A stretch of 64,000 nt of DNA, taken from the NCBI GenBank assembly GCA_041601615.1, contig JBFIHX010000002.1, forward strand, positions 96,001 through 160,000, written 5' to 3'. The notes below the pieces were generated by a model. That model searched no databases, was not told where the DNA came from, and saw only the letters and a list, made by a program, of their open reading frames with translations. This stretch comes from Thermoplasmatota archaeon. GTDB taxonomy: Archaea; Thermoplasmatota; E2; JACPAO01; JAHFTW01. Numbering within the stretch: the stretch's first letter is position 1; each line of letters starts with the position of its first letter. This document shows positions 29,997 to 39,420 of this stretch, piece after piece. The translations under genes were made by a program, and so were the position numbers.

Positions 29997-30440
29997 TCAC
30001 TCAAACCTCCGCGCAGTGTCCATCCAAGCCGGCCGAGCCCCCGCAGCCACGCGACGCGACCGCGCCACAACCCCCCGCACCCGCAAATCCACCAAATTGG
30101 GCACCGATGCAAGCGAAGACACCAAACGCTCCAACTGCCTTGGCGTCACCGCTTGATCCGTGCGTACAGTAAGGACATTACGCCGCACCCGCACGGTCAT
30201 CGGCAACCGCCCGTGCGGCCATTCCATTTCCACGCCTCGCCACACTCGACGCTCACGAGGCGGCGTCCCAAAGCGAACACGGAGCGCCTTGCGCACAGAC
30301 TCCCACGGCACAAACGCGGCCATGTGCGCCGCAGTCAACACAAGCCCCTGAATTGCCTCCACCGGCAAACCCACAGCCTCTGAAAGAGGCCCTGACCAAC
30401 TGGCATCAAACGCGAGATCAGACGAACGCACAAACCCCAT
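29997..30440 (-). CDS. Basic hypothetical protein, paralog of 29654-29995
   Basis: Shared motif; stop lies 1 nt before the next ATG. Confidence 0.5.
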   Translation of the reverse strand: MGFVRSSDLAFDASWSGPLSEAVGLPVEAIQGLVLTAAHMAAFVPWESVRKALRVRFGTPPRERRVWRGVEMEWPHGRLPMTVRVRRNVLTVRTDQAVTPRQLERLVSSLASVPNLVDLRVRGVVARSRRVAAGARPAWMDTARRFE

Positions 30441-30472
30441 TGAGCCGCACCGCCAGATGAACCGCACACCCC

Positions 30473-30520
30473 GTTTCCAACCATGGAAACCGCCCCCTCC
30501 GACTTTTCCATCCATGAAAC
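30473..30520. promoter_or_regulatory. Candidate operator palindromes
   Basis: GTTTCCA-acca-TGGAAAC (30473-30490) and a degenerate copy TTTCCA-tcca-TGAAAC (30505-30520) between divergent genes. Confidence 0.45.
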
Positions 30521-30533
30521 CTACCCCCACCCC

Positions 30534-30887
30534 ATGGCAGGGCCCAACGCGGTCTTGGTGCAAGATGCACTGCAACACCCCGGCCGTTGCGCCGTGCTCC
30601 AAGCCTGCATGGGCCCCGCTTCCTCCGCCAAAGACATCGCAACCCGCACCGGCCTACCCAGCGTCACTTGCTACCGCCACCTCAAGCACCTCACCGACAC
30701 CGGCCTCCTCGTCATCGACCGCAGCGCCATCACGCCCGATGGCCACCCCTACGACCTCTACCGCAGCACCCTCACGTGGGCCCGCCTCGCCGTCACCGAA
30801 CAAGGCATCCAACCCGAGTGGAAACTACGCTCCGGCATGGGCGACCGCCTCTATCGACTCTGGTCCCAACTGGAGGACCGACAATGA
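30534..30887 (+). CDS. ArsR-like winged-HTH regulator (archaeal type)
   Basis: SAKDIATRTGLPSVTCYRHLKHLTDTGLL...DGHPYDLYRS; C-terminal DRLYRLWSQL. Confidence 0.85.
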   Translation: MAGPNAVLVQDALQHPGRCAVLQACMGPASSAKDIATRTGLPSVTCYRHLKHLTDTGLLVIDRSAITPDGHPYDLYRSTLTWARLAVTEQGIQPEWKLRSGMGDRLYRLWSQLEDRQ

Positions 30888-31162
30888 CCCTGACCCCAAC
30901 ACTACTGCTACTACGCGCCCTAACCGTCCTTGCCGGCGGCGTCTTCATCACCTACGCCCTCACGGCGTACCGAAAACACCGCAGCCCCGCGATGCTGATT
31001 CTAGGCACCGCCATCGCCCTGATGGTCCTCGGCGCCGCCATCGAAATCGTCGCATACCTGTTTGTCGGCGCCAGCCTTGCGATGGCAGAAGTCCTTGAAG
31101 CCAGCGTGACCTTGCTCGCCTTCCTCATCCTCCTCTTATCAGTACGTAGCCAACGCCATTGA
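30884..31162 (+). CDS. Small 3-TM membrane protein (DUF7521-like)
   Basis: ITYALTAYRKHRSPAMLILGTAI; ATGA overlap with the wHTH gene. Confidence 0.75.
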   Translation: MTLTPTLLLLRALTVLAGGVFITYALTAYRKHRSPAMLILGTAIALMVLGAAIEIVAYLFVGASLAMAEVLEASVTLLAFLILLLSVRSQRH

Positions 31163-31436
31163 TTCCGCGCATGAAAGCCGTGCACGCATTATCGTCCACA
31201 AACGCGACCGCGTCACCATCACGGTGCACAGCCTCGACGGCAGCAGACGCGCCCACGATTTCAAACTCAAAGGTGCCCCCCACATCATTCCCCCAAGCGG
31301 CATCGAAGTGGAACTGCACAAAGCGACCCAGACCAAGTCGTTCACGTCCTTGAACGCCGGCACCTTCCGCATCGTCTGCGAACTCGGCGGCCACGAGCGC
31401 CAAAGAATGGGGGCAACGCTCGTTGTGGAAGGCTAG
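31161..31436 (+). pseudogene. Cupredoxin (type-1 copper) domain, apparently 5'-truncated
   Basis: Frame reads RIIVHKRDRVTITVHS...AHDF...AGTFRIVCELGGHERQRMGATLVVEG; no start codon or signal peptide upstream of GTG 31224. Confidence 0.55.
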
Positions 31437-32341
31437 CGAGGCTCGGAAGGCCTCAGACCCGGCTCATCATCGAGCCACTCCACACGCGACGGCTCAGGCA
31501 ACACGCCCGGCACGCCCAACAAGGGTCGTTCGTCCAACTCCGAGGAACCTTCCGTTTGCGCCGAACGAAACAGCAAGTGATACGCCCGAGCCGTCAACCC
31601 GCCAATCAGCAAAATCGCCAGCACCTCGCTCAGTGCCACAGCCAACCAATTGGGGAGGTCTGTGAACGTCAACCCCCAAACGCCCAACCCAACCAAAATG
31701 CCTACACCAATGGCCGGAAAAAACAGCGCGGGCACGGTGCCACGGGAACGACGCCACGTTGAACGGATGACCGTGAAGGGACCATCGTCCCCCAACAATG
31801 CCATGGGCCCAAGCGTCAGAAGCCGTAGCACCACCCACGCCATCATTGCAAGCACCGCCACGGCCCCCACAACTCCAAGAACCGCGACAGGCACCAATGC
31901 CGCGAGCACGGCCACAAAAATCAGCGCCGTAAACAGGGCATGAACGACCACCAACACCACGAGTCGAGAAGGCAACGACCGCCATGGCACACGAGCGCCC
32001 GGCAAGAATGCAATAGCCACCACCCCCACTGCAATGGACCTCAGCAAATCGGCCCCGAACATGCCCGCATCGTACTTCGAGATTGACTCTGCCGACGTCC
32101 CTGCAAAAACCGAGGCTACTGCCGAAAACGCCATCATCAGGCCAGAAAAGACAAACCAAAACCAACGAGGGACACAATCCATAGTCCCACGCAAGGCCAC
32201 AATGGTTCCAAAAGATTCCGATGCTCGAATCGTCAAACAGCCCCACACATTGTAATTCAAGCAAAAAAGACCGAAATGCCCCGGGAGTCCAAGGCAGCGG
32301 GAAGCTGATTTGTGCCATGAGGGCCACCAAGCCCGATACAT
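31433..32341 (-). CDS. Multi-TM hypothetical membrane protein (start uncertain)
   Basis: About six hydrophobic segments; 'GPFTVIRSTWRRSRG' motif typical of DUF7544/GDPD membrane-anchor-like families. Confidence 0.6.
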   Translation of the reverse strand: MYRAWWPSWHKSASRCLGLPGHFGLFCLNYNVWGCLTIRASESFGTIVALRGTMDCVPRWFWFVFSGLMMAFSAVASVFAGTSAESISKYDAGMFGADLLRSIAVGVVAIAFLPGARVPWRSLPSRLVVLVVVHALFTALIFVAVLAALVPVAVLGVVGAVAVLAMMAWVVLRLLTLGPMALLGDDGPFTVIRSTWRRSRGTVPALFFPAIGVGILVGLGVWGLTFTDLPNWLAVALSEVLAILLIGGLTARAYHLLFRSAQTEGSSELDERPLLGVPGVLPEPSRVEWLDDEPGLRPSEPR

Positions 32342-32393
32342 TCACTCCAGTCCCCCACCTTCGTTGATATAGCAAATGAGCATCCGCGAGGCC

Positions 32394-33479
32394 ATGCGCT
32401 CGATCATCCTGCTAGCCCTCGTGGCGATGTCCTTTGCCGGATGTGCCCAAACCGAGGATGCCGCCCCGCTCGACTCCGACCCCTCCCTCACCATCGGCGA
32501 TCGGCCCGAGGAAACGTTTGGAAACGTCGAAACCGGTCCCGCCGTCGGCCCCGACCTCAACGCCACCACCGCCGCAGCCCCTCGGCTCGTGCCCGGAGAA
32601 TGGTGGCGCGTGCAATTCGACTCCTACCTCTCCTCCGAAGTGGTGGAAGTGGTCCGAGTCGTAGCCCACGCGGACGAAGACGGCTACATCGTCGGCATGC
32701 CCCACTCGGGCTGGCTCAAGGAGGCCATCAGCTTCCACTCGCCAGCATTCGGCGACGTAAGCCTCGATTTGTCCTACAACACCCACAACGAACGCTTTGA
32801 GCCCGTGCGTTTCCCCATGGCAGTGGGAGACACGTGGGAAACAAGCTTTGCCACCCAACCCATGCGAGCAGAGGTAACGGCGGCAAACGACAAGACCGCA
32901 ACCATCCACTTTGCACCGATCATCGAATCGGCGCCCACCGACCCCGTATTCGCGCTTCTTGGATTTGCAAGCGGCGGCACCATGGAATTGGTGTACGACG
33001 CCGAACAGCACGAGATTGTCCGCATGTCCAGCGACATCGGCACTTGGAGAGTTGTGGAGCACGGCTACGGCTACGAGGGATGGGTGACGGTGCCACGCGG
33101 CGAAGACACCGTCATTGACTACGGAACCTTTGGGCCCGTGTCCGAATCCCACAGTCCTGTGGCAAGGACCTTCGAAGTGGAGGGCGGTTTCAACCGCCTC
33201 ACCATGATGCACTTCGTCGGTAGCGCCGACAACATCCCGGGGACGTTCCGCATCCGCGACGTGGACCCCGAGGGAAATGAGTTCTTGACGGAAATGACCG
33301 GAACGGGCCTTTCCATTCAGTTCTACGAGAGCAATTCCCCCGACGGCACATGGACCGTGGAAGATCTAAACGGCGGCGTTGGGTTCACCTACAGCATGGG
33401 CATCGCGTACCACCAGTACGACATTCATCTTCCAAGCGGCAACCGACGCAGCGACCACAGCCACGGCGTCATTCGGTAG
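32394..33479 (+). CDS. Hypothetical lipoprotein
   Basis: MRSIILLALVAMSFAGC lipobox; APRLVPGEWW. Confidence 0.75.
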   Translation: MRSIILLALVAMSFAGCAQTEDAAPLDSDPSLTIGDRPEETFGNVETGPAVGPDLNATTAAAPRLVPGEWWRVQFDSYLSSEVVEVVRVVAHADEDGYIVGMPHSGWLKEAISFHSPAFGDVSLDLSYNTHNERFEPVRFPMAVGDTWETSFATQPMRAEVTAANDKTATIHFAPIIESAPTDPVFALLGFASGGTMELVYDAEQHEIVRMSSDIGTWRVVEHGYGYEGWVTVPRGEDTVIDYGTFGPVSESHSPVARTFEVEGGFNRLTMMHFVGSADNIPGTFRIRDVDPEGNEFLTEMTGTGLSIQFYESNSPDGTWTVEDLNGGVGFTYSMGIAYHQYDIHLPSGNRRSDHSHGVIR

Positions 33480-33489
33480 GCAAGCTAGG

Positions 33490-33753
33490 TTATGCTGCGA
33501 TGGCGCCTGCGTCTTGGTCCAGGTACCAGTAGGTCTGGCGCGTGTCGCGCAGGCTGATTTTGTGGCCCAGCAAGCCTTCGTCTTCCAGGCGGCGCAGGGC
33601 GCTGTAGAGGGTGCGGCGCGGTAGGCCGGTCTCTTCCTGGAGTTGCTTGTTGGTCATCGGTTCGTGGTCTTCGAGGGTGCAGAGGACCTTCATGACGCTG
33701 TCCGGGGCTCCGGGAACGAGGCGGGCGGCGTCACAGGGCGTGGGGCCTTCCAT
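33490..33753 (-). CDS. Small archaeal winged-HTH (MarR-like) protein
   Basis: MTNKQLQEETGLPRRTLYSALRRL...SLRDTRQTYW. Confidence 0.8.
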   Translation of the reverse strand: MEGPTPCDAARLVPGAPDSVMKVLCTLEDHEPMTNKQLQEETGLPRRTLYSALRRLEDEGLLGHKISLRDTRQTYWYLDQDAGAIAA

Positions 33754-33823
33754 AGTAAATGGTATACATCCTTAACCTATATTACTGCAATGCTTAAACC
33801 AAAGGTGCCCCCATAGGACCCCT

Positions 33824-34174
33824 GTGAGCCCAGGCTGCTGTCCTTTCGAGAACGCCTTCGACCTGCTCTCGAAGAGGCACGCCCTCTCCATTCTGTGGTT
33901 CCTATCCGAAGAGAGCCCGCGACGGTTCACCGCATTTCGACTGAGCCTCTCCATCAACCCTGTTACGTTGACCCAACGGCTTGGAGAATTGGAACGCGCC
34001 GGCGTGGTCGAGCGCTCCGAATTCCGCGAAACACCCCCCCGCGTCGAATACGCCTTGACCCCAAAGGGCCAAGATTTGCTGCCCCTGCTGCAACAGGCGT
34101 GCACCTGGGCTAAGCGCTGGCAACCCGTCGAAGCCACAAACAGCGTCCCAAGCGGCGTAGCAACACGCCCATAA
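33824..34174 (+). CDS. HxlR family transcriptional regulator
   Basis: CPFENAFDLL, RRF, LTQRLGELE..G, PPRVEYALTPKG. Confidence 0.92.
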   Translation: MSPGCCPFENAFDLLSKRHALSILWFLSEESPRRFTAFRLSLSINPVTLTQRLGELERAGVVERSEFRETPPRVEYALTPKGQDLLPLLQQACTWAKRWQPVEATNSVPSGVATRP

Positions 34175-34197
34175 CCCGGACGCTCCCTGCAAGCGCC

Positions 34198-35106
34198 GTG
34201 GCACGCATCCTGGTGGTCGGCGAACGCGCCGGAGTAGCCGGACGCACCCTCCTGGAGCGCCTTGTGCGGCGCCTGCGCAGCCTAGGCCAGGACGCCGCCC
34301 TATACGGCCAGACCGACGAAGGCCCCGCTCGCTCCGTTGCCGAATGCGACGGCATCGTGGCCGTCCTAGACACCGCCGGAGCCGAAACCGCAGCCGTGGT
34401 CGCCTATGCGCACGCAAAGGGCAAACCGGTCCTGGGCCTCGCCCTACCGGACGCCACCATTCCCAAATTCCTAGCCGACGCCGCAAGCCTACACCGAGGC
34501 GCGGATGAAGAGACATGGAGCGAAGCGCTTCCCGGATTCTGCGACAAAGTGCGCCCCTTTGCAGGCAGACTCGTTCGCGACCAGGTCCCGAAGCTCGTCA
34601 AGGAAGCCGGCTACGACTTGACATTCCGCCAACTCAGTGCGGACGACAAACCGCGCTTCTTGAAGCAGAAAATCGCAGCAGAGGCGCAGGAATTAGAGAA
34701 AGCCGACCTGGGCCGCGAAAAAGAGGAAGTCGCCGACGTCCTAGAAGCACTGGAAGCGTTCCTAGTGGCCCGTGGCTTCGACCGCGAGGACCTACGGCGC
34801 GTCAAGGACGCCAAGCGCAAGCGACGCGGCGCATTCGAGCAATGCTGGGTGGTCGAAGCAACCGTGCCCGCGCAAGCACCCAACCAAACTCCCGGCCCCG
34901 CAGACCCCGCCGAGGCGTCCCCCGTCAAGGCCACCAAGCCCTCCACTTCCCCCAACCCCTCTGCGGCTACCGGACCCGTCCCGGAGCCAGCCTTGGAGCC
35001 CGCTGGCATCGACTTTGAGTTTCCAGAAGAAGACGTAGTGCCCGAGGAAAACGTGGATTCCGTCGGCCCGAACAAAACCGTGCAAGCCAACTTCTTCGAA
35101 GTATGA
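34198..35106 (+). CDS. Fusion of nucleoside 2-deoxyribosyltransferase-like domain and MazG-like NTP pyrophosphatase (COG4997 type), with acidic tail
   Basis: ECDGIVAVLD..AYAHAKGKPVLGL; RLVRDQVP...EEVADVLE...KRKRRGAF. Confidence 0.7.
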   Translation: MARILVVGERAGVAGRTLLERLVRRLRSLGQDAALYGQTDEGPARSVAECDGIVAVLDTAGAETAAVVAYAHAKGKPVLGLALPDATIPKFLADAASLHRGADEETWSEALPGFCDKVRPFAGRLVRDQVPKLVKEAGYDLTFRQLSADDKPRFLKQKIAAEAQELEKADLGREKEEVADVLEALEAFLVARGFDREDLRRVKDAKRKRRGAFEQCWVVEATVPAQAPNQTPGPADPAEASPVKATKPSTSPNPSAATGPVPEPALEPAGIDFEFPEEDVVPEENVDSVGPNKTVQANFFEV

Positions 35107-36098
35107 CGACGCCGCCCCGCGGGCCGCTCGGCCTGCCTTTGCCCCTCGTGCTTTCGCCCATGGTGGACGTCACCGACGCAGCGTTTCGTAGTGTTGCGGC
35201 CGAATGGGGCGCCGACATCACATGCAGCGAAATGGTCAGTTCCGCCGGCCTGCTGCACGGCAACGACAAAACCTGGAGCCTCGTGCAGCGCTGGCCCGGT
35301 GAATCCCCCTACGGCGTGCAAATCATGGGCGGCGACCCGGAGCACATGGCAGAGGCGGTGCGGCTCGTTTGCAACCGCGTCCAGCCCGATTTTGTGGATC
35401 TCAACTTGGGGTGTCCGAGTCCGAACATCCTACGCTCCTGCGCCGGCGGCTTCCTACTTCGTGACCCCCAACGTGCAGGCCGAGTCATTCAAGCCGCCGT
35501 AGACGCGGGCGACGAAACAGGGACACCTGTGTCGGTGAAGATGCGCGTGGGACCCGACTGGGACCGCCCAACATACCTCGAAGTGGGCCGAGAAGCGGAA
35601 GCAGCAGGCGCCGCGTGGTGCACCCTGCACGGACGCACCGTGGACCAAGGCTACAGCGGCACCGCGGACTGGAACACCATCCGACGCCTCGTAGATGCAC
35701 TATCGATTCCCGTGGTGGGCAACGGCGACCTTCGCGACCCCGACGACGTACTGCGCATGCGCGACGAAACCGGCTGCTCCGGGTTCTTCATCGCCCGCGC
35801 CGCCATGCACGACCCAACTGTGTTCGAGCGAATGCGGCAGGCCCTCGACAGCAAACCCGTGGCGCCAGCGCCGCCGCTCTCGGTGCGCCTGGATGCCCTC
35901 CGGACCTACCTGCAACGAACCGCCGAGCGGGGAGAAGTGCATCCTGCCGTCCTGAAGCGCCAAGCGACCCGATTCATCAGCGGAGCGCCCGGCGCCAAGG
36001 CAGTCCGACAAGCACTACACGAAGCAGGCTCCGTGCCGGATTTGATTGGCGTGCTGGAACGGCTGCTACTCGAAGTCGCGACGCTGGACCACGAGTAA
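35103..36098 (+). CDS. dus: tRNA-dihydrouridine synthase
   Basis: LSPMVDVTD, DLNLGCP, SVKMRVG, LHGRT, GNGD; ATGA overlap with the upstream gene. Confidence 0.93.
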   Translation: MTTPPRGPLGLPLPLVLSPMVDVTDAAFRSVAAEWGADITCSEMVSSAGLLHGNDKTWSLVQRWPGESPYGVQIMGGDPEHMAEAVRLVCNRVQPDFVDLNLGCPSPNILRSCAGGFLLRDPQRAGRVIQAAVDAGDETGTPVSVKMRVGPDWDRPTYLEVGREAEAAGAAWCTLHGRTVDQGYSGTADWNTIRRLVDALSIPVVGNGDLRDPDDVLRMRDETGCSGFFIARAAMHDPTVFERMRQALDSKPVAPAPPLSVRLDALRTYLQRTAERGEVHPAVLKRQATRFISGAPGAKAVRQALHEAGSVPDLIGVLERLLLEVATLDHE

Positions 36099-36965
36099 GG
36101 CGAGCCCCACGAATACGACGATGTGCGCCACGAGGGCAAGCGAAATGGCCACACCGTTGACATCCTGGCCGCCGCCCAGGAACCCGAATAGGTCCCCGCC
36201 GCCGCCCGGCACCAGCACACTGCTGGAACTTTTCATCAATTCACCGGGGCTCAGGTATTGGCTCCAGCCGATGCCAGCTTCCTCGTTGCTCATGGCGAAG
36301 GACCTGCTGCCGAATCGGAACAGGGCCACGAAGAAATCAAGCCGGGCCATGAGCGGGAAGAGGATGATCCAAGAAACCACCGCCAGGAGCATGCTGACAA
36401 CACTGCTTCGAGTGAGGGTGGAGTAGAACAAAGCCACTGCGCTGAAGGCCATCACGCCCAGCACGATGATACCGAGCGCTCCCAGGAACCTGCCGAAACC
36501 GGCGGCGGATCCGCTGCCAAACAACCCGAGCATCACGACGTAATCTAGGGCCAAGAGGACGCTGACAAAGACCGCGATGGACCCGGCGATTCCGAGGAAT
36601 TTTCCAAGCACGAACGCTTGCCGGGGCACCGGTTTGGACAGGAGCAAGAAGATTGTCCGGTTTTGCCATTCGCTACACACGGCATCCGCCGTGAGCAGAA
36701 TCGGCAAGAGTTGGATGAAGAAGAAGCCGGAGAGCAAAAACAGCCCTGACAAGAAAAACAGGAGAATGAAGTTGGCCGGCGGCAGCCCTGTGGTGCCGGT
36801 GAGATCTTGCAGTTCTTCGGCCGTTAGGAACCAGCTTGGAACGAAGATCGTCAGCAGCAATAAGCTCAGAATGAGCGCAATGCCGACGCCCATCAAGCGC
36901 TTGGTGCGCAGCAGTTGGAGCACTTCTTTGCGGGCGACCTCGTACGTGGCGCTGGCAAAGCTCAT
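36066..36965 (-). CDS. ABC-2 type transporter permease
   Basis: ARKE, DAVCSEWQNRTIFLLLSKPVPR..FVLGKF, RRDFE. Confidence 0.88.
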   Translation of the reverse strand: MSFASATYEVARKEVLQLLRTKRLMGVGIALILSLLLLTIFVPSWFLTAEELQDLTGTTGLPPANFILLFFLSGLFLLSGFFFIQLLPILLTADAVCSEWQNRTIFLLLSKPVPRQAFVLGKFLGIAGSIAVFVSVLLALDYVVMLGLFGSGSAAGFGRFLGALGIIVLGVMAFSAVALFYSTLTRSSVVSMLLAVVSWIILFPLMARLDFFVALFRFGSRSFAMSNEEAGIGWSQYLSPGELMKSSSSVLVPGGGGDLFGFLGGGQDVNGVAISLALVAHIVVFVGLALLVVQRRDFE

Positions 36966-37909
36966 GCGGCCACCTCCCGGGGGCGGGGTGTTGCGCCTCC
37001 GGTCAATTCCAGGAACACCGATTCCAAACTGGCCCCTGCCGATTCCACCGAGCGGACCCGGGCGCCGGCCCCCACGAGCGCCGCTACAGCGTCCGGCACC
37101 CGTTCGTCGTCGAGGCTGAAGCTTGCGATGTTGGCGTCCAATTTGATCGCGGTGGCGCCGGAGCTTTGGAGTGCAGCGTGGTGCTTTTGGGTTGGGTTGT
37201 CGATGTGTACTCGGACTTGAGCCCCGGCCCCTGCGCGCTTTCGCAGTTGGTCCACGGGGGCGACGATTTTCAGTTCGCCTTTGTCGAGGATTGCCACGCG
37301 CTTGCAGGTGGTTTCGACTTCGTGTAGTTGGTGGCTGTTGAGGAAGACCGCGGTGCCGTCGCGAGCGAGTCCTTTGATCATTTCGCGCAATTCGTAGGCA
37401 CCCTTGGGGTCGAGGCCGTTGGTGGGCTCGTCAAAGAAAATCAGTTTGGGCCTGTGCAGGATAGCTTGGCCGATGCAGATGCGTTGCTTCATGCCGTGGC
37501 TGTAGCCCTTCACACGGCTGTCGGCGCGGTCGCTCATACCGACGAGTCCGAGCACTTCTTCGATGCGGGCGCTGCGGTCTTCTCGCTCCATGCCGGCCAA
37601 TCGGCCGTAGAAGTCGAGGTGTTGGCGGCCGCTGAGGTTGCTGTAGAAGTCGTATTGGTCAGGCACGAGCCCGATGTGGCGGGCAGTCCCGGGAGGATCT
37701 GCAAGTGCATCCTGGCCAAGGAGGCGGACGGTGCCGGCGTCGGGGCGCACGAAGCCCGTGACGCATTTGGTGAAGGTGGTTTTCCCCGCGCCATTGGGGC
37801 CCAAAAATCCGAACACTTCTCCCGCCTCTACGGTGATGTCCACGCCCTTGAGGGCTTCGATATTCCCGTATCGTTTGCGCAGGCCATGGACTTCGAGGAC
37901 GTTCGCCAC
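36962..37909 (-). CDS. ABC transporter ATP-binding protein (CcmA/DrrA-type)
   Basis: GPNGAGKTT, YSHGMKQR, DEPTNGLD, NSH. Confidence 0.93.
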   Translation of the reverse strand: MANVLEVHGLRKRYGNIEALKGVDITVEAGEVFGFLGPNGAGKTTFTKCVTGFVRPDAGTVRLLGQDALADPPGTARHIGLVPDQYDFYSNLSGRQHLDFYGRLAGMEREDRSARIEEVLGLVGMSDRADSRVKGYSHGMKQRICIGQAILHRPKLIFFDEPTNGLDPKGAYELREMIKGLARDGTAVFLNSHQLHEVETTCKRVAILDKGELKIVAPVDQLRKRAGAGAQVRVHIDNPTQKHHAALQSSGATAIKLDANIASFSLDDERVPDAVAALVGAGARVRSVESAGASLESVFLELTGGATPRPREVAA

Positions 37910-38000
37910 GCCGGACGCATCCACGGGCCCTCTTTTGGTTGCTTGGGCCGGGCTACTGCATCGCGGCACGCTCAAGCAGGGCAGCGGGCTCGCAGCGCCG

Positions 38001-39308
38001 ATGCGGGTCGCTTTCGATGACACGGACGACCCGGAGGGTGGTTGCACGACGCATGTGGTGTTTCGTGCCCTCTTGGCGGTGCCGGGGTTGGCGTTGCGGG
38101 GCCTGCCGCGCCTCGTGCGATTGAATCCGAATGTGCCCCACAAGACGCGAGGCAACGGTGCCGTGTGCTTTGATTTGTGCGTGCCTGAGGGCCCACAAGC
38201 GACGGTGGGTGAGTTGATGGGACATGAGTTGCGGGCGTTTCCTGATGGAGCCCCGGTGCCGGTTGCGCGTGCGGCGGAGGTGGCCGATGCGGTTTGGCAA
38301 GCGGTCCAGGCGGAGGCTCGGCCCGGTAGCGATGCTTGTGTTGTGGTGTTGCCCGAGGCGGCGCCGACGCAGCTGTACTGGGCGACGGTGCGGGGTCGTG
38401 TGGAAGTACGGGATGCATTTCGGGCGGCGGCGAGCGTTCCTGACGCCGAGGTGCGTGGATCGGGGCGCGGCATTGTGGGGGCGCTCGGGGCGGCGGCGTG
38501 GTTTGGGCCTCCATCCAGTTACGAATTCATTGCGTACCGGGTGCCAAACCGGCGCGGAACTCCTCGGGCCCTGGCGCCGGAGCCGTTCTTGTTGCTGGAC
38601 GGCATGGGTTCCACGTTCCATACGCTCGACGGCACGGAGGGGCGCCTGGCGTGCATTCCGAATACCCCCTGCCCGGTGCTGATTGGGCTTCGCGGCCTTG
38701 ACCCAGATCGATTGTCGAACGCGGCCAGGCGGGCGGTGTTCGCGGCAGCGAGTGAGCCGGTGGAAGGTTGGCTCTTGTGGGCCTCCAATCAAGCCAGTGG
38801 GGACCATGTCACTCCAGTCGAGCGCATCGCGGAGGCTCCCGAGTGGGGCACGGTGTGCGTTGCGGCGACCGTAGCGTCGGACCCTGTGGATCGGCGTGGC
38901 GGTCGCGTGGAAGTCGACCTCGTGGACCGAACCGGGCATCCGTTTGCGGCGGTTGCCTTCGAACCCACCAAGCGGTTCCGGAATGTCGTTCGGGCGTTGC
39001 GGTCGGGGGATGCCGTGGAGGTGACGGGCGCGTTGTCGGAGGACCATGTGCGGCTCGAAAAATTGGTCATTCAGCGCTTGTCGCATCCGGAGCTTAAGGT
39101 GGCCAATCCCACATGTCCCCGGTGCGGGCGGCACATGAAGAGCAAAGGGCGCTTCCATGGCTACCGTTGCCGCGAGGGCCACGGGGCGGCGCCTGAATCC
39201 GCGGCGGTGTACACCTCGGAGCTGCGGCGGGTGCGCGAAGGCGCCTACGAAGTTCCGGTGATGGCGCGGCGCCACTTGCATCAGCCCTTGGCCTTTGAAC
39301 ACTTGTAA
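38001..39308 (+). CDS. tiaS: tRNA(Ile2) agmatinylcytidine synthetase
   Basis: DDTD..GGCTT, RLNPNVPHKTRGNGAV, GRGIVGA, SNQASGDH, AFEPTK, CPRCG..MKSKG zinc ribbon, ARRHL. Confidence 0.93.
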   Translation: MRVAFDDTDDPEGGCTTHVVFRALLAVPGLALRGLPRLVRLNPNVPHKTRGNGAVCFDLCVPEGPQATVGELMGHELRAFPDGAPVPVARAAEVADAVWQAVQAEARPGSDACVVVLPEAAPTQLYWATVRGRVEVRDAFRAAASVPDAEVRGSGRGIVGALGAAAWFGPPSSYEFIAYRVPNRRGTPRALAPEPFLLLDGMGSTFHTLDGTEGRLACIPNTPCPVLIGLRGLDPDRLSNAARRAVFAAASEPVEGWLLWASNQASGDHVTPVERIAEAPEWGTVCVAATVASDPVDRRGGRVEVDLVDRTGHPFAAVAFEPTKRFRNVVRALRSGDAVEVTGALSEDHVRLEKLVIQRLSHPELKVANPTCPRCGRHMKSKGRFHGYRCREGHGAAPESAAVYTSELRRVREGAYEVPVMARRHLHQPLAFEHL

Positions 39309-39420
39309 CTCCCGGGAATCAACGCCGGGTGGGAATCGAGTGGCGCGGGGGGAGACACGGGCCAGGATTGGAGGGGATGCGGCGGCATAGAGTTATGAGC
39401 CGTTTGAGGTCGACCCAATT

